Source: Phoronis australis (Eukaryota; Animalia; Phoronida). Taken from it: a stretch of 64,000 nucleotides of DNA. The stretch spans positions 1,463,860-1,527,859 of the forward strand of contig NMRA01000016.1 in assembly GCA_002633005.1 (NCBI GenBank), given 5' to 3'. The first letter of the stretch is position 1, and each line of letters begins with the position of its first letter. Below are positions 1 to 13,264 of the stretch, piece after piece. The position numbers were made by a program, and so were the translations under genes. The notes under the pieces were generated by a model. It was not told where the DNA came from. It worked only from the letters and a program-made list of their open reading frames with translations, and did not search any database.

Positions 1-1070
1 CCATAATCCACGTGCAAACTGGGAGTGTTTCTTTAAAAAATTGAAGGTGTGCCTATATGCAGAGCACAATAGTCAATGCAAGTTCTACGCAATTATGCAC
101 ATTCGCCAAATTGCGGGGACAATACCATAACAGCATAAATTAATGGTATAAGTATTCAAGCTTCAAAATTCTAATTACAGAATGGCTTAGCCGCCTTACT
201 AACTCTGGGGGGATTTTGGGTCATTCTGTCTGAATACTTTTGGCTTGTACTTTACCAGGTGAACCTTAAAGAACTTGAGAGTTGTTAAGCTGGCTCAGTT
301 TGTTACTTGGTAATGGTAGGAAATTTTGCAATTTAATTTTTTTTAAAAATTTTTTGTTTGACCAAACACTGAAAGTTGACTTAGACATGAACTTTTTATG
401 TTTTTATGTGAGAATCGAATACATTTTCATAGTTCTGGTCACCTTTAATTTAATATGTTTCATTTTAATGACCAAATACGCACTTTAATTCATTTCAAAA
501 TTTAACAACACTACATCCTGTAGGTAAATAATTATTTTTCTTAAAAAGTAAAGTTTTTTTCTGGTAAAGCCACAATGAATATGAACTTGTTTGGAAATGT
601 TTACACTCTGAACATTATTTGAGTGACAGACAAGTGTTGCCTACTGTAATACGTTTCAGAGTGAAAGAAATGAACATTCTTGAATTAGGTTTCCAACTGT
701 TTTATAACTTCAGAACGGGAGTGTAAAAACGTAAAATGGAGAACAAACTATGTCATAGTGCATATTTTGCCCCCTAGTGGTGCTGTGGATGGTAAGGTAA
801 TGTGGAAAAAGTCAGGTGCAGTTTTATTGAAAATAATCTGATGACTGACAATAGACATAGCCTGCTTGTACCTAAGCCTCATTGTTTACAGTTCATTGGT
901 CTTTTTGGGAAATCCTAGCCACCTTTGAACTTCATAATGCAGATGACACTAAAGCAGTATTACCCTGGGCTTATTTTCAGACATTTTTCTGGCATCTTAC
1001 AATGAACGCAGCCTGTTTGCAAATTGTTTTTCAGTGGTACTAGAAAGACAAAATCACGCCCCATTTTCAG

Positions 1071-1160
1071 ATTGTGTCCCTTGGAGCTAGCTTGCTGTCT
1101 ATCAGCGCTTGCTGGCATCAAGCAGTCAGAATGTACTTATGCCATTGGTTGCCGAGTACA
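1071..1160 (+). CDS. Candidate upstream PDE2A-like exon (IVSLGASLLSISACWHQAVRMYLCHWLPST)
   Basis: ccattttcAG acceptor, 90 nt open, phase-0 GTaaac donor compatible with exon 3007. Loose resemblance to human PDE2A [27 protein letters not shown] (from memory). The donor is weak. Confidence 0.35.
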
Positions 1161-3006
1161 GTAAACAAATAATGGTAATTGTGAATTCATTTGGTGTCAT
1201 TGTGTTATCATGACTTACCGTGTGAGATCAACTTCTTAATAACATTTATTAATTATGCTGACAAGTCGATGAGATTCCTTTGTTGTGAAGGCGGGACTCA
1301 GGTAACATTGACGTCAAACGTTGTAGTTAAGCTCTTTTTATGTTGATTCTCTTTCCTGGTTTTGTAAGTCATCTCGTTAATCACCTTACACAGTCAAAAT
1401 GTGACAAAATTATGCCCAGATAAATGTAGCTGTGAAACCAAATGATAAATACCCACTGTAGTGCTAGCTTGATTGTGGTTTTGTAGGATTTCACAATGCT
1501 CATGGTTGGAGAGTGTCCAGGAACCAAAATGTTGGGTAGGGGTAGAGATAGGTTTTCGCCTTCCGTCCCTCAACCCGATATCTCGAGTGTTAAAAAGAAT
1601 CAATTAATAGTGGACTGTGCGTATTGGCGCTCTCTAGAGTAATGAGACCGCGAAAGGGGCTTCCGCTTGTTCCGGACTCAGATTTGGTGGACAGAAATTC
1701 AATTACTGCCTAGTGGTTCATTAATCTAAACACAATAAATTCCAATGTTAATGCGTGCCATAGTTTGGTTGGGTTAACTTCACTAATTTATTTGAACTTT
1801 TTGACATCGGCTGGGATTGAAATTCTCCCGCTTTATCAGTCGCAGCCAATGATTTCGCATGGCGCGGAGTCTTCTTCACAGTAAGAAATGTATGGAACTT
1901 GATGTCATTCATCTTTAGATATTTCAAGAGGCTTTGCCTTTTTGTATAAGCCACTAGTACACCTTACTGCACATCAGTGAAAATTTTCTGTCATTATGTT
2001 AGCAGAAAAGGTATTAAAACACTGATTATAGGACTAGTAGATTGAAATCTCCCCTCCGCATTACATGGGTTCTGTAGGTGGCGTTGAATGCCTGTCCACA
2101 AAAGACCTGATCACCGTCTCTGGTGGGATAGTTAGTTTCAATATGGCGCGGCTATTTGGAAAATCAGCTATTGACAACTAATTCTTAAAAGTTTCTTTAA
2201 AATGAAATTGAAAATTTAACAGACTCTCCCAGAGTGCCCCTCTAACCATCAAATCCTTTCTAAGCCTATGTGTAAATGGTAATTATCGTGGTGAATTTGT
2301 TCGAATTAGTGCATGTCACGTGGATTGAAAATGACATTTATGCCCACAGTAAGATTAATGCATGTCATGCTGGTGACATTTTGTGACTGTTTCTTTCCTT
2401 GGCCAAATGATGCCAAAACAATTTCCAAGGTCATTTAGTTGTCTTACGAAAAGTTTGTTTGTCACAAGATACAATTTTTACTGCAGACATCAAGGCAATG
2501 CTCATTCAATGGTGCAATTACACTGTTGACTGAGCTCTTCAATTTTAGCTGGTGTACAGATTGCTGCCGGTAATGTAAGCTAGAAAATATAATATACATG
2601 ATGATCCACAGGGATCAGTTGTTTTTTAACCTCAGGAAATGAACGTTAACTGTAAAGCAATGTTTTGCCAGTACATCAACAGTAAACTAGGAGTCCACCG
2701 AATGTGTGTTTTATGCAACTGCTAATGACTGACATGTCTTGTTGATAAGTGCCTACACTGTCAATTAGTGTATTCTGGAGTTAACAGGCTTGAAGGATGG
2801 TGTTTCTTGTCAGGATCATCCAAATACACTTCTTGGCACTGGGAATGTTGCATCGCTAATTGTGAGGGAAGGGGGGTTACCAAGAAGTCATTGCCTGTTA
2901 CCTCTGCCACTTGCTCTGTACATTTTTTTATTCTTGCCTATTTGACTGCTTATTAATATGCTGGTAAATTGGTAATCCTGTGTGAATATCGTGATTGTTA
3001 TTGCAG

Positions 3007-3101
3007 ACTGAGGTCTTGCTCTACTTTCAAGAGGATGCTGGCGGGGGGTTGATCAGCTTTGATCATCTTGTGCACTCATTTCCAACTACTGGTGTGGCAG
3101 C
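3007..3101 (+). CDS. PDE2A: PDE2A-like exon, N-terminal region (TEVLLYFQEDAGGGLISFDHLVHSFPTTGVA)
   Basis: ttgcAG acceptor and GTaagt donor; phase 0 to 2, matching exon 7082. Resembles human [30 protein letters not shown]. Confidence 0.8.
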
Positions 3102-5399
3102 GTAAGTTGATTTTCACATTGAAAACTGCTAGTAGGGTGTCATCTTATAATTATCATGATGACAGTTGTCATTTTCTGCTCATAGTTTTAGTTAGACAGT
3201 GATCACCATCTTAAGCTGGCTCCAGTAGAGACGGTGAAGCTCCTATTGGAAACTTTTCGGCAAATTATGCCTCATTGTGATTAATACACCAAAGTGACGC
3301 GGGTGTTATAAGTACCTTTTGCGCATAAAGGGACACCTTAGGAGGCCGCCGATGCCTTAATTCATTCCAGCTTGAACAAATATTTCCGTTATGAAACTTT
3401 TTTTTGAGCACTCCTATTTTTACCGTGCCCGCCAGGAGCACACACAGTGTCAAACAGGGCCAGTTGCTGATTTGGGCAACTGAACGATTTAGTGCTCAAA
3501 GAAAAAGTTTGATTACAGGAGTATTTGTTTGAATTTCTCTATGCCCAAAAGGTAGCAGATAGTGGTAACTGTCTAAGTTTTAGTTAGAGACTGCGAATAT
3601 AATAAGATACCTGTTGTTGTAGATGTAGTAACCATGTTGTAGTTATTGTTGATGGTGTTCCCACGCATCCTGAGGTCTGTTTTGCTAGCCACTAAGTCTA
3701 GCACTAAATGACTGTAGTTATGCTGAAATAACATGTGACCTTTTACATAAAAGTAAGTCATCTGTCAATGGCAACGGTCTCTCTTTCATGTCTCCATATA
3801 CAAGTTGCTTGCAAAGTCTTTTCTGGATTAATTAGTGAAAACTTGATGACACCACCCTCTTAGCACTGAAGCAAATCATGGCTTGTTTTGCTTGACTTAA
3901 TTCAGAACCATTATGTTTTTTTAGTACAAATCCTCATATGAGCTTGTGATCTATTATTATTGGTGCAGCAGATATTTTGCTTAGGTCTTAGATTGGGTGA
4001 AATACAGGTTGTCCCAAAATTTACTCACATTTTGGTACAATGCTGGGAATACAAATTCAGTTGCTGTGGATTGGATTCTGAGGCCAGGCCTAGTGTGTGA
4101 TGACAGCCTTGCTGTGAAAGTACATTTTGAGCTTGGAGGGAATAACTAGTCTACAGGGTGACTTAAAAATTTGCTCACACTTGTAAATCATCGGTGTTGT
4201 TTGCACACAATGGACCTTTTGAAATTGACATGCAAGGTCAGTAGATCTTTGTGAACCCTGCTGTCAGTCATAAAACTGTCCCAGTTGGCCTGTGTGACTG
4301 AACACAGCTTGACAATGGGTTTTTAGTGCTGGCTGAGAAGATAATTGTTTTATTACCCCCCTATGGGTTTTGAATAACCCAGTGCGAAATGAGACGGCGG
4401 GTGAGTGGTCGTATGCGCCGTTTGCAAACAACTCGGTTTTGGAGAACAAAAAATGCGCAACCTCCAAAATGGCAAGGCAGCGCAAAGACTATTAATCTTC
4501 TCAAGTTACTAAACAGTGCATTTACAGGGCTTGAGGCATATCGTAATATCAACTCGCCAAATGGGATCTGGTAAAATTCTTAGGTCTCCAAACTGGAATT
4601 GATGTTTCCAAATCTGGTTGACAGGAGCCCAAAATGAGATAGATGAGTTACGTGAAGCAAAAAACCGACACACTTTGCAAATGTCTGCCAGGGTACAAAA
4701 GATGGCTCAGACGATGTTGGGTCCAATATTCTGGCACAGGCTCACCTACAACATGTTGCTGAACAATTCCACTTCCGTCTACTTCCCAAGTATTTTGAGT
4801 GTGTGGTCAGGTGTCGCCTGCTCACTTCATGGTAACTGACATTGTTACCAGGTCGTTGAACAAAATCTGAGGTCGAACCCTGATTTATGTTGGTTTAAAG
4901 ACTTAATTCCTTTTTGATCACCTCTGTATGAATTGAAACCAATTATCTTGTTTCTAAGTCAGTAAGCAATGTAGTTATCGTCATTTGAAGTGTATCAACA
5001 CTTTTGGAACATCCTTCATTTATGCTCTTTTACTTTTTTATGGCTCTTAGATTTAATGTGTGTCTGTTAGGCTTTTTTCTAATTTTGACACTGGCAGACA
5101 AAAATACTTAACCAAAATGTCCTAATGCACAAATATTGCGAGATGCGGGTCTACGATTTTCGCTTAAGTATCTGTTTTTCTTAAATTATTTATTTCACTT
5201 TGTAGTCGATATTATCATCTTTCCAGTGTTTCGCGGTTAAACACAGTAGTTACTGTATGTAATACATTTCTCACCATTATCCACATAGCTTTTAGGTATT
5301 TAAGTGTCTTGCCGTGCATATTCATATTAGCATTTGCTTTCCAAAAACATTTCGCAGTTTCTTAATACCCCTAGGCAAAATCCTTTGCCGAAACCATTA

Positions 5400-5771
5400 A
5401 TTTTCCATTTGTAGGAATTGTAAACTCGATTGCGCATGAGGTGTTCTTCATAATGGAAATACTAGGTCTAGTGACGTGGCAATATCTACATATTTCATAA
5501 ACCCAGAACTTATTTTTGGTAATTTAACTCTTTTTTTCCATTCTGATGCCTTACTATGGAAAAATCTTGATGCTCACGTCTGTCAATGTAGTTCTATTAA
5601 TATTTTCAAGTTCAGGCACATGGATAATGTTTTGTAGTTGTTTACTCATTTGTTTCAAATTTCTTGTTAGTGTTTTATGTCTATGTATTAATTTTTCTTG
5701 TATCATTTTGTTCACTAGATTTTAAATATTTTCTTTCTTATCAGGACCCTAAGGGAGACTAATTATATAAT
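5400..5771 (+). mobile_element. Decayed 3' end of a CR1/L2-type LINE, interrupted by the 5774-6803 transposon; tail resumes at about 6806-6828
   Basis: Frameshifted remnants HNGNTRSS..KPRT..SFFHSDALLWKNL..CSSINIFK resemble the ORF2 C-terminus. Tail AGGACCC...GGGTTTATCCTGAATAAA. Confidence 0.5.
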
Positions 5772-5773
5772 TA

Positions 5774-6803
5774 CCGTATTTGCCCTAATAAGTGCCCATG
5801 CCCCTATAAGCGCCCCCACGCGTTTCAAACTTCGCTAAAATAAGCGCCCAGCCCATGAATATATATACATGCGAAAAATGCCTTACCTACAGTTCTAAAA
5901 TTCTTCAGTAACAGCTTCAGTTCATCAATAATATCCGACAGTCCTGAAAAAATCATTGAGCTTGGAATTTCTAGACCACGAGCCTCGCTGCTATGTTGGT
6001 ATTTAGCCATGACTGTACACTTCAAACTTCCACCGTGCTTCAAAAAGAATGCAAAAGTTTTGCTGATCTTGCGAGGAACATGTCCTATTATGGTCAGGTC
6101 TTTCAGAACAGACGCATCTACTTGTCAACGGGATTGTATTGTATCTTTCCCATATAGATCTTCTCCCTTAAGAGGAATCCAGATTTCTTTTTACACATGA
6201 AAACTACGAATCGAAGACAAAACACATGGAGGCCTCCTACTCTGGCAAATGAACTCTGATGACACGCACGCGCTCGCTCAGCTCACTCACTCGGTAAACA
6301 CCTGCAGACTAACTTCAAAACAAACGTCACGTGACAACAACATGATTGTGTGTTTGTCCCGATTTTTCTTGTGTTACGGGGTGCGATCTAGCATAGATTT
6401 GCACTTAATCTGCAGTTAATCCAGACTCCACAGGGACACTATTTGGAAAACTTAAGGATGATTTCAGGTAATTTGTTGAGTCGAAACTAAAGAATACAAG
6501 TTGCCCTATTGACGATCGCGAGGTAGGGACGCGTCAGTTGGCAAGTTTTCGTCCTGGGATTTCCGCACAATTTTCTGAGAAAGGATCGTAATTTAACAAC
6601 GGAGTTTGATAGCAATGCACCACAACTTTGTGAAAAGTCTGTCATAGGTTACAGATACATCACATCTCGTATTTTTGATGAAACCTAGCTTCCAATTTCA
6701 CCCGTTTCAGAGACCGGGTTTCACCCGCTTTAGGCTACAATAAGCGCCCCGTCCAGAAATGAATTTTTCTAAGCGCGCTGGGCGCTTTTTGGGGCGAATA
6801 CGG
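5774..6803. mobile_element. Non-autonomous TIR DNA transposon (Tc1/mariner-pogo-like, TA TSD), 1030 bp
   Basis: TA|CCGTATTTGCCCTAATAAGTGCCCA ... TGGGCGCTTTTTGGGGCGAATACGG|TA: ~25-bp TIRs with 4 mismatches and subterminal TAAGCGCCC motifs. Confidence 0.88.
5825..6229 (-). pseudogene. HIRAN-like domain pseudogene carried inside the transposon
   Basis: Minus-strand translation SSIRSFHV*KEIWIPLKGEDL..(shifted YNPVDK)..IIGHVPRKISKTFAFFLKHGGSLKCTV..RGLEIPSSMIFSG fits the HIRAN pattern; stops and frameshifts are present. Confidence 0.7.
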
Positions 6804-7081
6804 TAAATAGGGTTTATCCTGAATAAACACATCTAAAAGTGTTAAGTTAATGACAGACTATAAGTACAGCTGGGTGGCATTAAAACTAACACAATTTTTC
6901 ATCTAGACATTGTTCCATTCATCTATATTGGTTAAGTAATGCACTGCAGTCACAGATGTCACCTCTTTATCCAGGATTACACCTTTGATATTTACAAGTC
7001 TTTTGACGTGTGTGATGAGGTGGTTTGTATGTGTGTATTGAAGTGAGATAAGCTGGAATATACTGCTCTTTACTGTAACAG

Positions 7082-7194
7082 GGAGGCACTTGCAGAACGC
7101 CAACTGGTATATGCCAAGAACGGATTGGACGATTCAGATCCTCTCGCTGGACTTCTGCCTACTGGTGTCTGTCCTATCGATGATGGAAAAACGG
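7082..7194 (+). CDS. PDE2A: PDE2A-like exon (EALAERQLVYAKNGLDDSDPLAGLLPTGVCPIDDGKT)
   Basis: taacAG acceptor and GTaagg donor; phase 2 to 1. Resembles human [32 protein letters not shown]. Confidence 0.82.
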
Positions 7195-8771
7195 GTAAGG
7201 AGGTCACAAGGTTGTGGACTTGATGGCGATGCTCAGAAAGTCATGTTTTATAAGCAAGGTTTTTAGTATGATTTCTGTTGGTTCTTTTTAAATTTGTTCA
7301 TTTGAGAAAAAACTGTTAGATGACATTTGAAAGTATGAGCAATATTGAAGTGCAAGGATTATTGAGCTCAATGTCATTTGATTATAGATTAATGATTATT
7401 ACTCATTGATGTTTCTACCTTTGATTTCTTGTCATGTACACACTGACCAAACAGTTTGAACAGCACATTTGCTCTTTTCAACTTCTTAGGTTAAATATGG
7501 TCAACCTTTTGTATGAAAGGTAAATCTCAACCCTGTGCTGTCTATGCCATGCCTCATAACTGGTAGATTTGGAGCAAGATTGGTGCACCTTATCTGCCCA
7601 TCACCATGAACTATAGTCCAAGCTGTGCTCAGCTAATCTGGACAAGAAGAATTAGTTTCAGTATTATGAAAACATTGTTCCTTCTGTTGGCCAGTCAACG
7701 GAATACACAAACTCAATTAATAATTTAAAGCAGCATTTTGCCCTGTTTAGCTGGCTAGAAAAACAAAATTGGTTTTTTCCTTTACTCTCATTAAGTCGAT
7801 CTCCTAATATTCATTACCAGTTGGTAGACTTCTAGTTTGGTTATTATCAAGAACATCGAAACTACCAGCAACTCATCGAATAACTTACAAGTTTATTGGT
7901 TTAGTAACATTTATTAGAACCCAGTCACTGGAATGAATATCGTGAGAGCAGTTTTGTGAGAATAAAGCACTTAATTTGATTTTCGTTTTTGCAAACCGCG
8001 TGTAGGGCAAAAGGATTTGTGCAGAGTTCAGAGTCTCATTACGTAAGGCCGACTGATTGATTGATTTCATTAGGTTTTACATGCGACACATATAAATTAA
8101 TGACAGTTAAGATGAGAAATGAGAACAAATAAAGTAGACCAAGGTGTTTGACTACACGATTTGCATACTGATCTTTGCCTTTGTGTAACACATTTGGATT
8201 ATTGGGAGTTTGTTTAAGTCGGTGTTTGGAGCTATAAAGAATTGCCTCAGTTTTGCCCAGATACAATGGAGGTCTTGTCAACTTGCTGATAAGACACTGT
8301 TCATTAGTGGTAGTATTTTTGTATGACACGGGATAATCATTTGCTAATAGCAGAAGCTAACAATTTACAACACATGATTAGTCATTAATATAGACAAGAA
8401 ATAAGTGTCCTAGTACACCCCCCTCCAAAAAGCCACAGATAATACCTCTAGGGTTTGAGTGATGTCCATTCATCGATACTTGAATTTGGGAGCAGTTATG
8501 GAGATTAGGAGAAGCATTCCGTAGCATATGGGGTGCACTCTATTGCATGTAATTTCTTTAGACGTACCTCATATCATGGTTAATGGTGTCAAATGCTTTT
8601 TGGAGGTCAATCAGTATTTTCCCAACATAATTTTCAGTCCTGTTGTGGTTTGATGTTGTCAAACACATGAATAAGACAAGTTCAGTGGAGAAAGAGCCTC
8701 TGTCAGCACGACTGATAGTCATGAAGTAAGTTAAGAGCAAGTAGATGATTAAACCATTGATGATAGACTGT

Positions 8772-9214
8772 AAAATTAGCGCGTAAGTAAATAACGACAT
8801 ATCTATCCAATCCAAAGTTTCGGTTTATTTCATTAAACCATTCTCAAGGAAATAGTTACTAACACAAAACAAGAGACACAGGTAGAGAAGAGACTGTACA
8901 GGTACACATCAAAATGCATTGTGAGGGGGTGAGACCAGAAATCAAAACGGAGCACAAATGAACCAAAATGTTTCTATTGAGGTAACGCTCAGCATGATTC
9001 AGCCTCAAAAGAAACATTGGTTCATTTGAGCTCCAACTGTTTTGATTTCTGGTCGCTCCCCTCACAATGCATTTTGATGTGTACCTGTACAGTCTCTTCT
9101 CTACCTGTATCACTTGTTTTGTGTTTGTAACTGTTTCCTTGAGAATGGTTTAATGAAATAAACCGAAACGTTGGATTGGATAGATATGCCGTTATTTACT
9201 TACACGCTAATTTT
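8772..9214. mobile_element. ~440-bp palindrome (two ~210-bp inverted arms), Penelope-like pseudo-LTR pair
   Basis: The arms are near-perfect reverse complements with a ~20-bp spacer; each carries the CTTGAGAATGG...CCGAAAC motif. Confidence 0.75.
9136..9175 (+). ncRNA. Variant minimal type I hammerhead ribozyme motif; mirror copy at 8811-8850 on the minus strand
   Basis: TCC-TTGAGAA-T-GGTTTA(atgaaa)TAAACC-GAA-ACGT-T-GGA: stem I TCC/GGA, U3-A8 core variant, 6-bp stem II, palindromic stem III. Confidence 0.55.
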
Positions 9215-11024
9215 AAAGTTCGTGCTTATGTTCTGGCCTAAATCAAATGTGATGAATAATAAACTGTGCACTCAATGATTTTGGAAGTGCAGGAAAGAAA
9301 GGAAACAGGGTGATAGTTACCAAGTTCAAGTTTATTGTTCTTCTTGAAAATGGCAGTAACCTTGGTTTTTTCCACTCAAGAGATAGTCAAAGACAATTTT
9401 GTTAAATGCAAATTAAGTGTCATGACTTTATGCCCTCGAATCCGTCTAGTCTAGTAGATGTAGATCTATGCATTCAGATTCTGAAATTTTTAAAGAATGC
9501 CTGGGTGAGCTTAAAGTCCGCTATTGATGTGTCATAGTCGCCGCGGCCGGCGGGAAGTTTACTGACAAGATTGCTGGCTGTAGTAGTAAAGAAATCATTA
9601 AAAGGATTGGGTTTAACATCTTGATCGCACAAATCTCATCATTTATCTTGAGGCTTAGTGTAGCTGAAGGAGCGTTCGACTTTACCATAAGAGCTTCCGG
9701 TAGGTTTTTGGCGGATTACTGTATTCATTCAATTTGGATTGATTCGTAGTCGGATTAAGTGTCCTTGCTGAGGTGATGAACTAAGTTTGCTGAGAAGGTG
9801 AGAAAATTTCCCTTTGTGTGAGAAAAATCTGCCTTTTAAAAGGCGCATGCTTCCCTCCAACATGAGGGTGCTGTCATCGTGTTGCATTCATGGTTCAGAC
9901 TGTTCATATAGTGTCAGAAAGCTACAGAAGTGCCAGTCATGCGAATATTGTCACATTTGCTGGTACCTTGCTAGCAATTTCAATTATCTCAAAACTGCTA
10001 GTGTTTTCGCTTGCCCTTTTTTAGAACAGCGATTACTTCAAAGGACACAGATGTACACTGTAAAGAAGCATTTGGTTATTATCACATAAATCAATAGATG
10101 ACAGAGTGAACATATTTTTAGGTCAGTTTTACTTAAAAGCAATGTTAGGAAACTTAAACTAACTGCTGGCAAACACGACCCCTTAGTGTTTTCACCACTC
10201 ATGTGAAGCTGGTATAAATACAATGTGCTACAGCACATTGAGGATGTTACGGCTTTGTTTGATTCCTTACATGTTATATTGTGGAATTCTGCATCCTGTA
10301 ATTAGGATCAATTTTCTGTTGAAGAAAATTACATGCAATCATTTCACGTAAAAGTCAAACTCATTTCTGACTAAGGGAAGTCGTGATGAAATTATACTTC
10401 CATTGTGTGTTGTTTAAATTACAGTAATTAGTGCTCTTCTTCAATCGTAATCGTTAAAAATCCTGATGAGTGCACTTAGTTACTGATTACGTGCTCCACT
10501 TGAATGTATAACCGTTGACTGTCCCAGTCAGCGATCTCGACTATTTCTAGTTAAGATTTTTTAATATTTGCCTTCCCCGGTTTGTTTTTTTATTGAGGTT
10601 AAGCCCTGAGGTTGTTCGGTATAGAGAATTCCCAGCCGGTTTCAATGTGATTACCCCCAGTTTTAGGATTCTACAGTGAATAAGCATGTCTAGACTAGCC
10701 AGTATTGCTGTTCAGTAATGTTGAACACCAGCTAATGGCTTCAACAGTTGGCAAAAGCAGGGATAGATTCTAGCATGATTGCTCATTTGTTTGACATGGG
10801 TTGACAGTTTCTTGATTTGATTGTGTACTGTTTCTGTCTCCAACTGTCTTTGTGGTTGTTGCACCCGTGGGCTGTTGCACCTGATGCCATTTAAAAAAAT
10901 AGCCTGCCAGATACCTGACCAGATGATCACTCAGCATATTAAGACATAAATACATGGTTATTCTCCCAGTGGTTTGTATACCAGCTAAATGGAACCATAA
11001 TAGAATCTCTTGTTTACTTCTTCA

Positions 11025-11083
11025 ATTGCTGTTGCTGCAGCTACTGCTACTATACTGCTGTCGGACTATTACTGCTTCTACTG

Positions 11084-11127
<44 letters not shown>

Positions 11128-11346
11128 ACTGCAGCTTCTGTTGTCTCTACTGCTGCTACTGCAACTGCTGCTGTCACTACTACAGCATCTACTACTGTTT
11201 CTGTTACTAATGCTGCTGATACTACAGCTATTGCAGCTACCGCTGTTAATGTTACTTCTACTGCTGGGACTACTGCTGCTGTTGCTTCTTCTACTGCTAC
11301 TTCTGCTTCCGCTGCTGCTCTTGGCACTACTGCTATGTTGCTGCTA
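11025..11346. repeat. Compound (GCT)n/(ACT)n trinucleotide microsatellite
   Basis: Pure (GCT)13 core at about 11089-11127 with degenerate GCT/ACT flanks. Confidence 0.95.
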
Positions 11347-11481
11347 CCAGTGTCAGCGTTGACACTGATGCGTGTCACTGTGAAGATTGCAACCAATAAG
11401 ATTGCCTGTTAATAGATAGGTCTTGGGTTATTAGGGCGATTGTTTCAATTGGTTTCTCTCGTATACCGCTTTCTATTTCAG

Positions 11482-11537
11482 TTGTTTGCTGTCCTGTGAT
11501 CAACAGTGATGATGACTCAGTTATAGCTGTACTGGTG
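11482..11537 (+). CDS. PDE2A: PDE2A-like exon (VVCCPVINSDDDSVIAVLV)
   Basis: ttctatttcAG acceptor and GTaggt donor; 56 nt, phase 1 to 0. Same length as and similar to human VLVMPLADKEAGAVAAVIL. Confidence 0.82.
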
Positions 11538-13264
11538 GTAGGTAAAATTCTGATAACCCTTTCCTCCGTAAAGCCTTCTTCTGCATCAGACAAATCCTAC
11601 TCTAACATTTTGGGTTTGATACCCTAAGTGAGACCAAGCCAGATTGTGACTAACCCGTCATAATCAATTCGCGTATTAATGCTTGTTGCTTAGACGTGAT
11701 GCTGAAGAAAATCCATTTGCTAATTTCTCTTATAATGCCTCAATTTTAAAAAAGTTCAAAGATGTTTAATATTTACTTTTCAGTTTTAAAAACAGTCGTG
11801 TTGGTCTTTTGCCTTCCTTTAAATTGTTTGCTTTTTGACTTTGGAACGCGTATGTTAAACAGGCGAGTTGGTTTACGAGCGCAATTATCTCATCCAGCAC
11901 GTTCAGCCAAGCTCATGAATCGTGAGTAGGTTCCTTCAATCCGTGACGGCGCCATCAAACCTTTGGTGTGCCGAGGACTTCTCTGCATACTCTGGGGTAT
12001 ATGGTGCACGCGTTCTCATCCACTTGCATGCAAATGATGTTAGCGTAAGATTTGCCTAAAGTAACGGATTTTTATTACTACTTGATGAAATGAATTTCCT
12101 TAAGTCTGTTGCTTTGTCATCAATTTTGTTTGTTACGTTTGTTTCTTTGTTTGTCCATCAGAGGTCGCATTTCATTTGGACCAACGTTGGAATTACGCAT
12201 GTGTCTCGTGAATAGCTCAAAGCTCATTGTTTTTTGTTGAAATTGGATGTAAAGTGGCGCTGTGGCAGTCATTTTTCCATTTCTTGGTTTGAGAACTGTT
12301 TTTGCTATGATTTACTGCTTTCGAGTTATTCGAGACTTTCCGTTGACTGCTCTCTAATTAATATGAGTTTTTGTGCCGTATCTCGGGTGTCTCTTGAAGC
12401 TGAATCTGACTAAAATTTGGCATTTGGATAGATCCCGGTAAGCGCTATCTATATTGTGCCATCCGTTTCTCACCCCGACTTAAAAATCTCGAGTTACTCA
12501 AGATTTACTGGTTAGATGACTGTTCTCTAATCTACTTTCTCACCGCTTTACTTTGATTGGTCCAACATATTCGTGCTATTGACAGCATTTTTGTGCAATC
12601 AACATAAAATTTACACACGTTTCTCGAGGTCTACATGCCCTTTAAGCTAAATTGCGTCATGACAACTGGTTTTCTACACCATCTTTCCTGGCCCAGCTTT
12701 TGGTGTGAGCTATTGAGGTAGTATATTTACATAAGCCATGTTGGGAACTCCTTCCCAATGAGTAACTCAAAGGTTAGATTTTTGTTAGCAAAATTGATAT
12801 TACTTATTAACCAATTTTGAAAATTCAAAAACCCTCACAGGCTAATTTTTACACGCCTGTTCTGATTTTATGGTTTGTATCTGTTTTCATGCCCCCCCAA
12901 AATGAAAACAGCCAGGATGCTTTCAAGCCTTCTCGTAAGATATGATCTGATAAATAAATGTAATTGCCCTCACCATATGACCTAGTGAATAGATGACTTA
13001 AGCCCCCCCCCTATAGTGAGACAGTTGTGTGAATGCAACAGGGTCCCGCTGACCAAGTGACGGAGAAATTCAAACAACTTCTCCAAATTGGTCTTTATCT
13101 CATTTTAAGTGGATGTTTACAGCATGTTGGGCAAAATCAGGCTCAAGATGGGTCTGTGGCAGCCATTGTCTGACTATTCGCTTTCTGGAGCCGCAGCTCC
13201 GGCATCCCTTAGCAGAATATCTTTGAAATTTAGTATGTGTACAGATTTCATCAAACACCGTCAG

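Larger units (their letters stand above)
8140..9460 (-). mobile_element. Degenerate CR1/L2-type LINE reverse transcriptase remnant, split by the 8772-9214 palindrome
   Basis: Minus-strand motifs in correct RT order: KVTAIFKKNNKLELGNYHPVSFLSCTSKIIE; LLHDYQS..RGSFSTE; LIDLQKAFDTINH; GVLGHLFLVYIND; LGKTEAILYSSK; VKHLG. Confidence 0.85.

Noticed and set aside
10954-11412. 152-aa Ala/Thr-rich ORF and overlapping poly-Cys and poly-Leu ORFs
   Set aside because: By-products of the (GCT)n/(ACT)n microsatellite, open in several frames on both strands.
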